The translations under genes and the position numbers were made by a program. The notes beneath the pieces are model-generated. The model searched no databases and was not told the DNA's origin. It was given only the letters and a program-made list of their open reading frames with translations. From assembly GCA_964370525.1 (NCBI GenBank), contig CAYJJP010000001.1, positions 1-40,491 of the forward strand: a stretch of 40,491 nucleotides of DNA, written 5' to 3'. Positions 25,214 to 32,854 of this stretch are shown here, piece by piece (the stretch's first letter is position 1; every line of letters starts with the position of its first letter). The stretch is from an uncultured Desulfovibrionaceae bacterium. Its GTDB lineage: Bacteria > Desulfobacterota > Desulfovibrionia > Desulfovibrionales > Desulfovibrionaceae.

Positions 25214-25243
25214 AAAAAAAGAACGCTTTTCGCGTTCTTTTTT
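25214..25243. terminator. bidirectional intrinsic terminator between convergent units
   Basis: AAAAAAAGAACGC-TTTTC-GCGTTCTTTTTT. Confidence 0.75.
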
Positions 25244-25257
25244 GCGTTTTATATTGT

Positions 25258-25536
25258 CTACTCCGAAAGGCTTTGAACAAAATCCGAAACCTTAACCGTC
25301 GTTAACCGTTTTTTTGCTAACTGATATCGAAACCATTCTCGCCCCGAAATAAAATATCTGCGCTTTATCATCTCGACGTCCGAATAGAACCAGTCTTTAA
25401 CTATCTGCCTTTCAAAACACCCGCAACCCTCGCAACCCTGCGAAGCATATAAAACTTGAATTAAATCGTCTCCCGTCAAAACTTCGTTTTTTAAATCCTC
25501 GTTAACCTCCGCTAAAATCTCCGCGTTACTATACAT
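25258..25536 (-). CDS. hypothetical protein (92 aa from ATG 25536)
   Basis: AAAGGTG RBS 8-9 nt upstream of ATG 25536; CEGCGC motif. Confidence 0.5.
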   Translation of the reverse strand: MYSNAEILAEVNEDLKNEVLTGDDLIQVLYASQGCEGCGCFERQIVKDWFYSDVEMIKRRYFISGREWFRYQLAKKRLTTVKVSDFVQSLSE

Positions 25537-25605
25537 AAAAAAAACACCTTTCAAAAATTTTTTAAACTTGTCAACATTATATCATATTTTTTACTTTTTA
25601 AATAG

Positions 25606-25998
25606 CTACAAAAGGCTGTCAAGCCGTTCAAAAAACAAAATACGCCTCGAGTAAAACTCCGCCCTCGAATAACAAACAACGCCAAAAAGCGAAACAATAA
25701 TATCGTAGCTATTTCCCGACACAAGTCCCTTTAAAAATAAATCGGTTTGCGACGGAAAAGAAAACTTCGCCGCCTCCTCAATAGCGTCAATCTTCTTGCT
25801 ATACCTCAAAGCGCGTTCCGCCGAATTGGCGGTCGGATCTCCTATAGCGTTTTTTACCTTGGCCCCCGAAAATCCGTTCCCCGAAATCTCGTAAAAACTC
25901 AACACAAGTTTTTTCATCTCCTTGTATTGTCTTAAAATGCTTTCAAGTTCGTTTTGTCGAGCCCTTGATAACCCTGTCTTTGGCTTATAGTTACGCAT
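25606..25998 (-). CDS. RinA-family-like late transcriptional activator
   Basis: ATG 25998 with a GGAGG RBS. RARQNELESILRQYKEMKK .. AIGDPTANSAERAL .. KIDAIEEA .. SRAEFYSRR parallels the RinA layout. Confidence 0.55.
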   Translation of the reverse strand: MRNYKPKTGLSRARQNELESILRQYKEMKKLVLSFYEISGNGFSGAKVKNAIGDPTANSAERALRYSKKIDAIEEAAKFSFPSQTDLFLKGLVSGNSYDIIVSLFGVVCYSRAEFYSRRILFFERLDSLL

Positions 25999-26002
25999 TT
26001 TT

Positions 26003-26194
26003 TTAAACCTCCAAATCAGTATAACAAGTGCAAAAGCCTTTCCCGTTATCAATAAAGCTCAAATTTCCTTTGCTGTCCGCAATAACCGTTGCGTTCCGAC
26101 AAACCACCTCCTCGTCTTTATTCAAACTGTCTTCAACAATTTTGTTGTATGCCGCCTCGGGCAAAAATAAAAAATCGTGAGAAAACAAAAACAC
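26003..26194 (-). CDS. hypothetical protein (63 aa)
   Basis: ORF track; packed between the Rep-like and RinA-like genes. Confidence 0.4.
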   Translation of the reverse strand: MFLFSHDFLFLPEAAYNKIVEDSLNKDEEVVCRNATVIADSKGNLSFIDNGKGFCTCYTDLEV

Positions 26195-26210
26195 CCCCTC
26201 TCTTAATTTT

Positions 26211-27002
26211 CTACATGTTCAGTTTTAAAAGCCTAACAAAAACGTTATATCCCGAGATATCGCTATAAATAACCTCGGGGTCTTGCGCTAAATAATAACC
26301 CGGATACCTTTCGCTCCAGTATTGTTTGTCAAAACAAAGCCCCCTCGCGAGTTCCTCAAGTTTTCCGCCCCCCGCCTTGTCGGTTGGTGCGTGAACTTTC
26401 GGCATAGTAAGGTTTTTAGACTGTTTCCAACGCCGTTGTCCGCTTTGCGTTTTTGTGATATAAATCCGTAACCGCTGAATGTTATCCGCGTGAATATTAA
26501 GGCGAGACCCAACAACAAACCCAAACGAAACAAAATTCTTGTCAACCGTTATCCCCCAAAGACTTTCGACAACCTCGGGAGTAACAAACCAAGGCAAAAC
26601 GGCGTGCTGATGACATCTAACCGCTTCGCCGTCCTTGTCCTTCGTTTCGGTCACCGCGATATATTTAAACTCATCTAACCGATCTCGATAAAAATATCTA
26701 AGTCTACGAATAAAGTTATCTAAATCTCGTTCACCCTGTTTTTTTGTTTCGGGTTCGTGTCCTTCGGAATAAGTAAGAGTATAAAACCACCCGCGCTTTT
26801 CGGTGAAATTTGCAAAAAGCAAACGGTCAAAATGTCTAACAGCGTTTTTTTCATTCAACCGAACTTGCGATTCGGTACTTGCGTTAAATTTTTTCGCCCT
26901 TGCCTTTTTCGCCTGCTTGGTCGAAACTTTAAAAAACTCTAAATCAATACAAACGCCGTTTCCGCATGTCGTTTTTTTCTCGCGTGTGTAACTGTTAGCC
27001 AT
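26211..27002 (-). CDS. HUH-superfamily rolling-circle replication initiator (Rep)-like protein
   Basis: 263 aa. Motif I FYTLTY, FIRRLR..KYIAVTE, HUH motif RCHQHAVL, Tyr motif RIYITKTQ..RRWKQSKNL. Confidence 0.6.
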   Translation of the reverse strand: MANSYTREKKTTCGNGVCIDLEFFKVSTKQAKKARAKKFNASTESQVRLNEKNAVRHFDRLLFANFTEKRGWFYTLTYSEGHEPETKKQGERDLDNFIRRLRYFYRDRLDEFKYIAVTETKDKDGEAVRCHQHAVLPWFVTPEVVESLWGITVDKNFVSFGFVVGSRLNIHADNIQRLRIYITKTQSGQRRWKQSKNLTMPKVHAPTDKAGGGKLEELARGLCFDKQYWSERYPGYYLAQDPEVIYSDISGYNVFVRLLKLNM

Positions 27003-27082
27003 TCTTTTGAAACCCTCTCTTTTTTAAATTCGCAATTTTCCGCTTTGCTTCGTCGCACAATTAATAACGTATACCAGCTATA

Positions 27083-27109
27083 AAGCGGCCGCCGCCGCTT
27101 ATTTTTTTT
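27083..27109 (+). terminator. strong + strand intrinsic terminator in the Rep upstream region
   Basis: AAGCGGC-CGCC-GCCGCTT followed by A + T8. On the minus strand no T-run follows. Confidence 0.6.
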
Positions 27110-27149
27110 CTAGCCTTTTAAATATAAATACATATTAATGTGCACGCCG

Positions 27150-27186
27150 AAAGGCTAAACGTCGCTTTTAACATCTAGCCTTTTTT
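27150..27186 (+). terminator. second + strand terminator-like hairpin; its 5' arm can alternatively pair with 27111-27119
   Basis: AAAGGCTA (27150-57) pairs with TAGCCTTT (27176-83) followed by TTT, or with TAGCCTTT (27111-18). Confidence 0.4.
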
Positions 27187-27212
27187 AAATTTAACAAACA
27201 ATTAATCAAACT

Positions 27213-27371
27213 TCATCTGTTCCGGAACTTCTTTTTTTCAACCTTAACAGTTTTTAAAACCGCTTTCATGCAATACTTCAAAACCGTCTCCGCGTCGTCA
27301 ATTGAAAGCTTCTCCGCCGAAAGCATGTTATTAACCTTTGCCGCCAAATAGTCTCGCCTTAACTCGTCCAT
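27213..27371 (-). CDS. hypothetical protein (52 aa from ATG 27371)
   Basis: AAAGGAG RBS 7 nt upstream of ATG 27371. Confidence 0.45.
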   Translation of the reverse strand: MDELRRDYLAAKVNNMLSAEKLSIDDAETVLKYCMKAVLKTVKVEKKKFRNR

Positions 27372-27399
27372 GTTTTTTCTCCTTTCTTTAAAATAAAAA

Positions 27400-27873
27400 C
27401 TACTTAATAAAAATCGCCCCACACTTGCCACAACGGTCGCTCCCGGACCCCCACTGCGCCCATCCATCAAACGAATACCCGCAATTGCTACACTTACAAG
27501 GATTATCCCCTCGAGGCATCATTCCAAGCGACACAATCTTTGCCGTCTTGGGTTCAACCGCCTGATGACGCTCCATGTCCATTTCCTCTGCTTCATATCC
27601 TCTAAGTTCTTCTCTCAACACCCTGTTTTTTTCGCACTCCTCTAAATACAGTTGCTTATAATTATTTTTCAAAAACCTCACATCCTTACTAACAAAATAA
27701 AGCGTAACAACGCCCCAACCAAAAAAAATCCCCAAAAACCAACCAACCAAGCAGTCAAACCCAAACTCGTTAACTAAATTAACCCCAAAGAAGATATAGC
27801 TAAAATAATTTAAAAACATATAAACAACTAAACCGACAAGAAAATCTATCCCCAATATTTTTAAATACTTCAT
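27400..27873 (-). CDS. membrane protein with C-terminal zinc ribbon
   Basis: ATG 27873 (GAGGA RBS). TM-rich N-terminus; CKCSNCG..CGKCG at the C-terminus. Confidence 0.5.
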   Translation of the reverse strand: MKYLKILGIDFLVGLVVYMFLNYFSYIFFGVNLVNEFGFDCLVGWFLGIFFGWGVVTLYFVSKDVRFLKNNYKQLYLEECEKNRVLREELRGYEAEEMDMERHQAVEPKTAKIVSLGMMPRGDNPCKCSNCGYSFDGWAQWGSGSDRCGKCGAIFIK

Positions 27874-27874
27874 T

Positions 27875-28078
27875 CTAACAATCCTCATCAACCAAAACAG
27901 AAATAATCTTAACTTTCTTTCGCCTGTTTGCCTTATATCCCTTGCAAACAACCTGCCTAATCCAAATATATGAAATTCCCGTCATTCTCGAAAGTTCCAA
28001 CATATTGTCCGAAACCGCCAAAGGAAGCTCAAACTCGTCCCCCGTAACCGCCATATATAACCTTTTTAATTTTGTCAT
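27875..28078 (-). CDS. hypothetical protein (67 aa), possible HTH
   Basis: ORF track; MLELSRMTGISYIWIRQVV is HTH-like. Confidence 0.4.
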   Translation of the reverse strand: MTKLKRLYMAVTGDEFELPLAVSDNMLELSRMTGISYIWIRQVVCKGYKANRRKKVKIISVLVDEDC

Positions 28079-28090
28079 AACAAAAACCTG

Positions 28091-28423
28091 TCAATCATAG
28101 CTTGTTGATTTATCAAACTCAATGTTTCGTTTAACCCCCGAAATTTCCTCAACGCAAAAATTCTTAACGCGAAGACAAATTCGACAATCTGAACAAACGC
28201 TCTCGTTTGCAAGCTCAACGCCCCCAAACGAAACCCGACACAAAACAACCGGTCGCCTATCTTTGCAAACGTCGCAAACATCTTTAAACTTTCCTTTTTT
28301 GCGTTTAATTTTAAAAGTCTCAAACCAAGTCTTAAAACAAGGCTTCCTTTGCTCAAGTCCTCTTTCCCTCTCCATAGTCCAAAACGCAACCGCCGCTTCA
28401 TACGGCTTTAAGTTCTTTTTCAA
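28091..28423 (-). CDS. Cys-rich zinc-finger protein (110 aa)
   Basis: TTG start with AAAGGAGG 6 nt upstream. CDVCKD..C..CSDCRIC. Confidence 0.5.
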   Translation of the reverse strand: MKKNLKPYEAAVAFWTMERERGLEQRKPCFKTWFETFKIKRKKGKFKDVCDVCKDRRPVVLCRVSFGGVELANESVCSDCRICLRVKNFCVEEISGVKRNIEFDKSTSYD

Positions 28424-29357
28424 AACAATCCTCCTTTCGTTGTTTTTCCGCTAAAACTCTCTCTAAAACATTAACTAAACCAACAAGCGTTGCGTTACAA
28501 TCTTTAGAGCGCGGAGCTCGTCCGACTTTTCTTGCCGCAACCGGCGGCATATTATCAAAAAAATTCCCGTCGCCGATAAGTTCTCTAACAACGTCTAAAC
28601 GATCGCTCTTATACGTGTTATAAACCTTACCCCTTACGCTACAAACCGAAGTATTTAAAGCGTCCGCTATTGCCGTATAACCGGCCCCGTTTTTAATCAT
28701 GTTTCCTAAAATATCAATTTCAGCCTTTGACCAATTAAAATAAGATTCGGGCGCCAAAGGCCGAGCCGTTAACCCTAAACACTGTACACGTCGACGAATA
28801 GCCCCTTCGCTTCGATTTAACAATAATCTAAGGTCCTTATATGAATATTTAAACTCAGACAAATACTTTCTAAGCCTGTCGTCCTCGAACTTTGTCCAAC
28901 GATCCTCTCTAAATCTCTCGACAACATCTTGCTTCCGTTGGGCGTCAACCCAAGCCGGTTCTTTACCAAGCGCGCCGACCGGAAACCTGTCCCAAGGTAT
29001 TAAAGTTCTATTTACCTTCGCAAATCGCCAAAACTCCGAAATAGAAACTGTACAAAAAGTTTCGTTATATACCTTTTTATACCTAACCGAAAGCCCTTTT
29101 GAGATCCAACGCTCCTTAACGTCGCCCGAGGTATACCCAAAAACGGCAACAAGAACGCTATTTAAAGTAGGATTGTCGCAATTCGACAAAAAGCTCCCAA
29201 GACCTAACCTATTTACCTTAAGACGTATAGCCATTTCGCTCCGATTTAGCTTTAAACAAATCCCCCTAAGAGATATCCTCCCCCAAAGCTCCGAAAGAAG
29301 TTCTTCCTCCTCTTGTGTCCAATGCCTTTTCTTTTTTTTACTTTTAACAAGTTCCAT
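28398..29357 (-). CDS. DNA-binding protein with three Myb/SANT-like repeats
   Basis: HWTQEEEELLSELW, RWTKFEDDRLRKYL, NWSKAEIDILGNMI, each followed by an HTH-like ..S..A+R.R segment. Confidence 0.45.
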   Translation of the reverse strand: MELVKSKKKKRHWTQEEEELLSELWGRISLRGICLKLNRSEMAIRLKVNRLGLGSFLSNCDNPTLNSVLVAVFGYTSGDVKERWISKGLSVRYKKVYNETFCTVSISEFWRFAKVNRTLIPWDRFPVGALGKEPAWVDAQRKQDVVERFREDRWTKFEDDRLRKYLSEFKYSYKDLRLLLNRSEGAIRRRVQCLGLTARPLAPESYFNWSKAEIDILGNMIKNGAGYTAIADALNTSVCSVRGKVYNTYKSDRLDVVRELIGDGNFFDNMPPVAARKVGRAPRSKDCNATLVGLVNVLERVLAEKQRKEDCFEKELKAV

Positions 29358-29369
29358 ATAAAAAAACTC

Positions 29370-29813
29370 CTATATCATACTTTTATATCGCTGCTCTCGC
29401 TCTTCCCTGTCCATTTTTTTGAAAATGTTTTCCGGCGTAACCTTTTCCGTCGGATTAAGTTCATCGTTTAACTCCTTAATTGTTCCCTCTGCCTTGGAAA
29501 TCATATCTTTTAACTTCAATCTATAACGCTCAACCGTAGACAACTCAACCGGAACATTTAAACTTTCAAAATATTCAATACCCCTTCGGTACGTCGCTTC
29601 GTCAATATCTCCATATCCATATAAATCTTGAAGTTCAGGAATAGAATTGCAATCCAAAAACCCTTTTTTATCTTGCTTTAACTCTCGCTCCTGTTTAGCC
29701 TTAAAAGCCTTGTTAGCATAAGAACTCCGCAATCTTTTCAAATCCTTAACCAAAAGCTCGGTAATTTCAATCTCTTGAATAATCTCTTTTTTCTGCAAAA
29801 TATTTAAATCCAA
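29370..29813 (-). CDS. hypothetical coiled-coil protein (147 aa)
   Basis: ORF track. Confidence 0.5.
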   Translation of the reverse strand: MDLNILQKKEIIQEIEITELLVKDLKRLRSSYANKAFKAKQERELKQDKKGFLDCNSIPELQDLYGYGDIDEATYRRGIEYFESLNVPVELSTVERYRLKLKDMISKAEGTIKELNDELNPTEKVTPENIFKKMDREEREQRYKSMI

Positions 29814-29825
29814 AACAAATCCCCC

Positions 29826-30212
29826 CTAATCGTCATATATATTACCAACCACCTTCATGTTTTCACAGTGCCCTAAAAAATATGAGTTATAATGTCCGTC
29901 GCTACTTGTGACACCCAGTTCCATACAACTCATACGAACATTAAATTTTACCTTACCTGTTTTTTTATCCCCAAAATGATTGAACGTTACAATATCGCCC
30001 TCAAAAATCATTCTACCGCTTTTATCTTTTAATCCGGTGTACTGCCCCAAAGTATCTACATCTACCGCATAACCAAAAGGTGGCAAATCTGATATGTGAT
30101 GGGTAAAAGGCAAACCATCTCTGCTACGTGGATTTGGCCTTTTTAAATAATATCCGCATTGCCAATTTCCGTCTTCAATATCTTTAGCCCTAAAAATTAT
30201 CTCCCGTTTCAT
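29826..30212 (-). CDS. YopX family protein
   Basis: MKREIIFRAK..GQYTGLKDKSGRMIFEGDIV..VVGNIYD. ATGA overlap with the upstream gene. Confidence 0.8.
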   Translation of the reverse strand: MKREIIFRAKDIEDGNWQCGYYLKRPNPRSRDGLPFTHHISDLPPFGYAVDVDTLGQYTGLKDKSGRMIFEGDIVTFNHFGDKKTGKVKFNVRMSCMELGVTSSDGHYNSYFLGHCENMKVVGNIYDD

Positions 30213-30565
30213 AACTCCCTCCCACACTCCGGGCAAAACTTTGCCCCAATATCAAAAACCGTCAAACAACAACTTTCGTCAACCTCGTATATACCAATTA
30301 TTACACCTGTACAATGCCGACAACCCTTGCGTTTTCCCTGCTTGCTTTTAACCTTTTGCTCGTCAACTTTTCCCGTCGTAAAAGATTTCTCAAAAGAATA
30401 TTTCATCGCCTTTGTAGCTTCAACCATCAAACGGTTAAGCCCTTTATATTCTTTGCGTGGCAATCCGCCTTTCTGTTTAAAAGAACGCTTACTGATAAAA
30501 TAATATAAACTCAACCCAACAAAATATCCAACAAAAAAATAAACAAGTTGCTCAATTATCATCAC
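30209..30565 (-). CDS. N-terminal TM, C-terminal zinc-ribbon protein (118 aa)
   Basis: TM segment LVYFFVGYFVGLSLYYFI; CRHC..CPECG. Confidence 0.5.
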   Translation of the reverse strand: MMIIEQLVYFFVGYFVGLSLYYFISKRSFKQKGGLPRKEYKGLNRLMVEATKAMKYSFEKSFTTGKVDEQKVKSKQGKRKGCRHCTGVIIGIYEVDESCCLTVFDIGAKFCPECGREL

Positions 30566-30900
30566 TCCTCAACCTCCGACCTATCTAACAATCGTCTCAA
30601 CAGTTCAGTTTGCATACTAACTTGCTTAATCTGTTCTTTTCGCAACTCCTCTTCTTCAAACTCCCGAACTCTTTCAGCTAATAATATTCTTTGATTCGCT
30701 ACAAAGTTACAGTTTATCCTATTTATGATCAAGTGACCCGCGGTATTTCCCTGCAAAGCCGTATATTCTTCAACGTCTACCCCATACCACGCCTTAATAC
30801 TTTTTTCAAACTGCTCATTAAGCCCTTTTCTGAAATCTTCAACCCTCTCGCTTAAAGACTTTTCATTATCTTCAGCTATCATCTTTTTAAAATCTGACAT
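30562..30900 (-). CDS. hypothetical protein (112 aa)
   Basis: ORF track; 4-nt overlaps on both sides. Confidence 0.5.
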   Translation of the reverse strand: MSDFKKMIAEDNEKSLSERVEDFRKGLNEQFEKSIKAWYGVDVEEYTALQGNTAGHLIINRINCNFVANQRILLAERVREFEEEELRKEQIKQVSMQTELLRRLLDRSEVEE

Positions 30901-31219
30901 CTCCGCTCCCCTCTACAAAATCAACAAATTTATAACCTTCGCCTCCTAACTCTAAATCTTTGTTCTTTGAGACTATAGACTTAACATAGAACCCCTTACT
31001 GTCCGGCGGTTCGGGTAAAGGCTGCCAATGCGTAACCCTATAAAAGTCACTACAATATTTCATACAAACCAAATCATAATCACGCCAATTTTCCCCGTCA
31101 AAAAACAAAACCGTTGAAAGGCTAGCCCCTTCAATAAAAACGATAAACTGAAAGGGTTCTCCGTATTCGTGCTGAAATACTTCAGGCAACCTATCTTTAA
31201 CGCTTATCCAATTACTCAT
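30887..31219 (-). CDS. DUF551 domain protein
   Basis: WISVKDRLPE .. VTHWQPLPEPP signature. Confidence 0.7.
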   Translation of the reverse strand: MSNWISVKDRLPEVFQHEYGEPFQFIVFIEGASLSTVLFFDGENWRDYDLVCMKYCSDFYRVTHWQPLPEPPDSKGFYVKSIVSKNKDLELGGEGYKFVDFVEGSGDVRF

Positions 31220-31416
31220 CTCCGCCCCCCAAATATCAAAACCACACCGGCCAAAAGCGAAACCGCAAAAAACAAAAATATCAAAACCTCAACAATCATA
31301 CCTTCGCCCTCGATTTTAACCAATTTTCCGTCCGCCTCCTCTGCGGTCGCCCCATTTTTCGTCAAAACCTCGAAAAACCTTGTCGTGTCCTGCTCGTTTA
31401 AGCTAATCATATCCAT
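31216..31416 (-). CDS. small membrane protein (66 aa)
   Basis: C-terminal TM segment VLIFLFFAVSLLAGVVLIF. Confidence 0.45.
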   Translation of the reverse strand: MDMISLNEQDTTRFFEVLTKNGATAEEADGKLVKIEGEGMIVEVLIFLFFAVSLLAGVVLIFGGRR

Positions 31417-31640
31417 TCTATCTCCCTCTCCGTTAAAAGCACGTGTGCCGGCATTAAAAGCCCCGCCGTTATCTTTGAAACCGTTTTAAGACTAACGTTT
31501 CTATACTTCGTCTCAATCTGCTGTATATACGTCTCGTCAAGCCCCGACCGTTCCGCAAGCTCCGCCTGCGTAATCCCCTGCCGAAGCCTTTCTTCTCGAA
31601 CGTTCTCGCCAAATATCTGTTTAAGCGGTATCTTATACAT
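31407..31640 (-). CDS. XRE-family HTH protein (77 aa)
   Basis: ATG 31640 with a GGAAAGGA RBS. VREERLRQGITQAELAERSGLDETYIQQIE. Confidence 0.7.
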   Translation of the reverse strand: MYKIPLKQIFGENVREERLRQGITQAELAERSGLDETYIQQIETKYRNVSLKTVSKITAGLLMPAHVLLTEREIEWI

Positions 31641-31645
31641 TTTTT

Positions 31646-31966
31646 CTATTCCTTTCCGCCAAAAAGCCGTTCTTTGTTTTCCTCTAAAACCTGCCAAAGC
31701 CCTCCGGCTAACTTCTTAACAACCTCTTCCTCTGCCTCTTCGCTCTCAAACGAAATGTTATAATGCTCTATAATTCCATGCAAAACTTCATGAATAAAAG
31801 TTACTTCTTTTCTTGTGTCATTAACCGTTTTTGTATTTAAAAGCTTAATCTTATGAGTATCAAAAAGAATTCGTCCGTAAAGCATAGCCCTGCCGTCATT
31901 CAACTTTTTAACGTGCCGAACCTTATACTCAAATCCGGCTATCTTTATTTTTTTAGGTATATTCAT
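31646..31966 (-). CDS. small HExxH zinc-metallopeptidase-like protein (106 aa)
   Basis: TFIHEVLHGIIEH contains HEVLH; lies 5 nt upstream of the XRE gene. Confidence 0.45.
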   Translation of the reverse strand: MNIPKKIKIAGFEYKVRHVKKLNDGRAMLYGRILFDTHKIKLLNTKTVNDTRKEVTFIHEVLHGIIEHYNISFESEEAEEEVVKKLAGGLWQVLEENKERLFGGKE

Positions 31967-32838
31967 TGCGACCTCCCATCCAAACTCGTCTGCTCAATCT
32001 CTTCCGGGCAAAAAAATCTTTTATCCCCCTCAATAATAAACCTCTGCCCCGAACTCTTGCCAAATATCTTCGCCGAAATTTTTTTACTTATCCGATTTAA
32101 ATCCTCAAAGTTCCATTTACTGTTAATAACAACCGTCTTTTGCTCAAGAGAATAAAAAATATCCTCAATCGTTTTAACGTCTAAATATTCCGGTGGACCC
32201 ATGTCAGTCCCAAGTAAATCGTCAAAAACCAAAATATCAAACTTCCGAAGCGCGCGAATTTTCCTGTCGTAGATTACGCTTCCGCGATAATCCTTAAAAT
32301 CTTGAACCATGTTGTTGGTTACATACTTAACCTCAAAAAGGTTCTCAAGTAAACGATGTGTAATGCCGGCACATATGTGTGTCTTGCCCGCTCCCTGCGA
32401 CCCTCCGACAAAAAACCAACCCTTTGGATCTGACGAAAACCCGGTTGCGCTTTTTAAAATACGCATCTGCCAATCTTCCGACACAATAAATCTATCCAAA
32501 GACTTTGTCTCAAGCCAATCAAAAAACCCAACGTTTTTATATTCTTTATAAATCTTCTTTGATTTAACACAAACGCAATCCCGAACCGCCTCGCAACCAA
32601 CAGCATTTAAAAAATAAACAACTCCCTTGTCGAAACATTTGGAACACCTATGCGGCTTTTCTGAACGCATCTTGTTTTTATACTCAATAAGCTTTAAATC
32701 GTCGGCGCGCGTATCCTGCCTCGAAACGCTCGAAAACCCGTCGTCAAATTCTTTACCAAGCTGTCGCGCAATAAGCTTGTCGCGCTCCTTTTTTTGAAGC
32801 GTGGTAAACAACTCATCAAAATGCTTGTTAATCTCCAT
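31963..32838 (-). CDS. DnaC/IstB-like AAA+ helicase loader
   Basis: Walker A GGSQGAGKTH, Walker B ILVFDDL; N-terminal CSKC..C.C. Confidence 0.7.
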   Translation of the reverse strand: MEINKHFDELFTTLQKKERDKLIARQLGKEFDDGFSSVSRQDTRADDLKLIEYKNKMRSEKPHRCSKCFDKGVVYFLNAVGCEAVRDCVCVKSKKIYKEYKNVGFFDWLETKSLDRFIVSEDWQMRILKSATGFSSDPKGWFFVGGSQGAGKTHICAGITHRLLENLFEVKYVTNNMVQDFKDYRGSVIYDRKIRALRKFDILVFDDLLGTDMGPPEYLDVKTIEDIFYSLEQKTVVINSKWNFEDLNRISKKISAKIFGKSSGQRFIIEGDKRFFCPEEIEQTSLDGRSQ

Positions 32839-32854
32839 TTCTTTTCCCTCTAAT

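Noticed and set aside
28075-28401. 108-aa ORF in an alternative frame to 28091..28423.
   Set aside because: The competing 110-aa frame has an AAAGGAGG RBS and a coherent Cys-rich zinc-finger sequence. The 108-aa frame is Leu/Arg-rich with no RBS.
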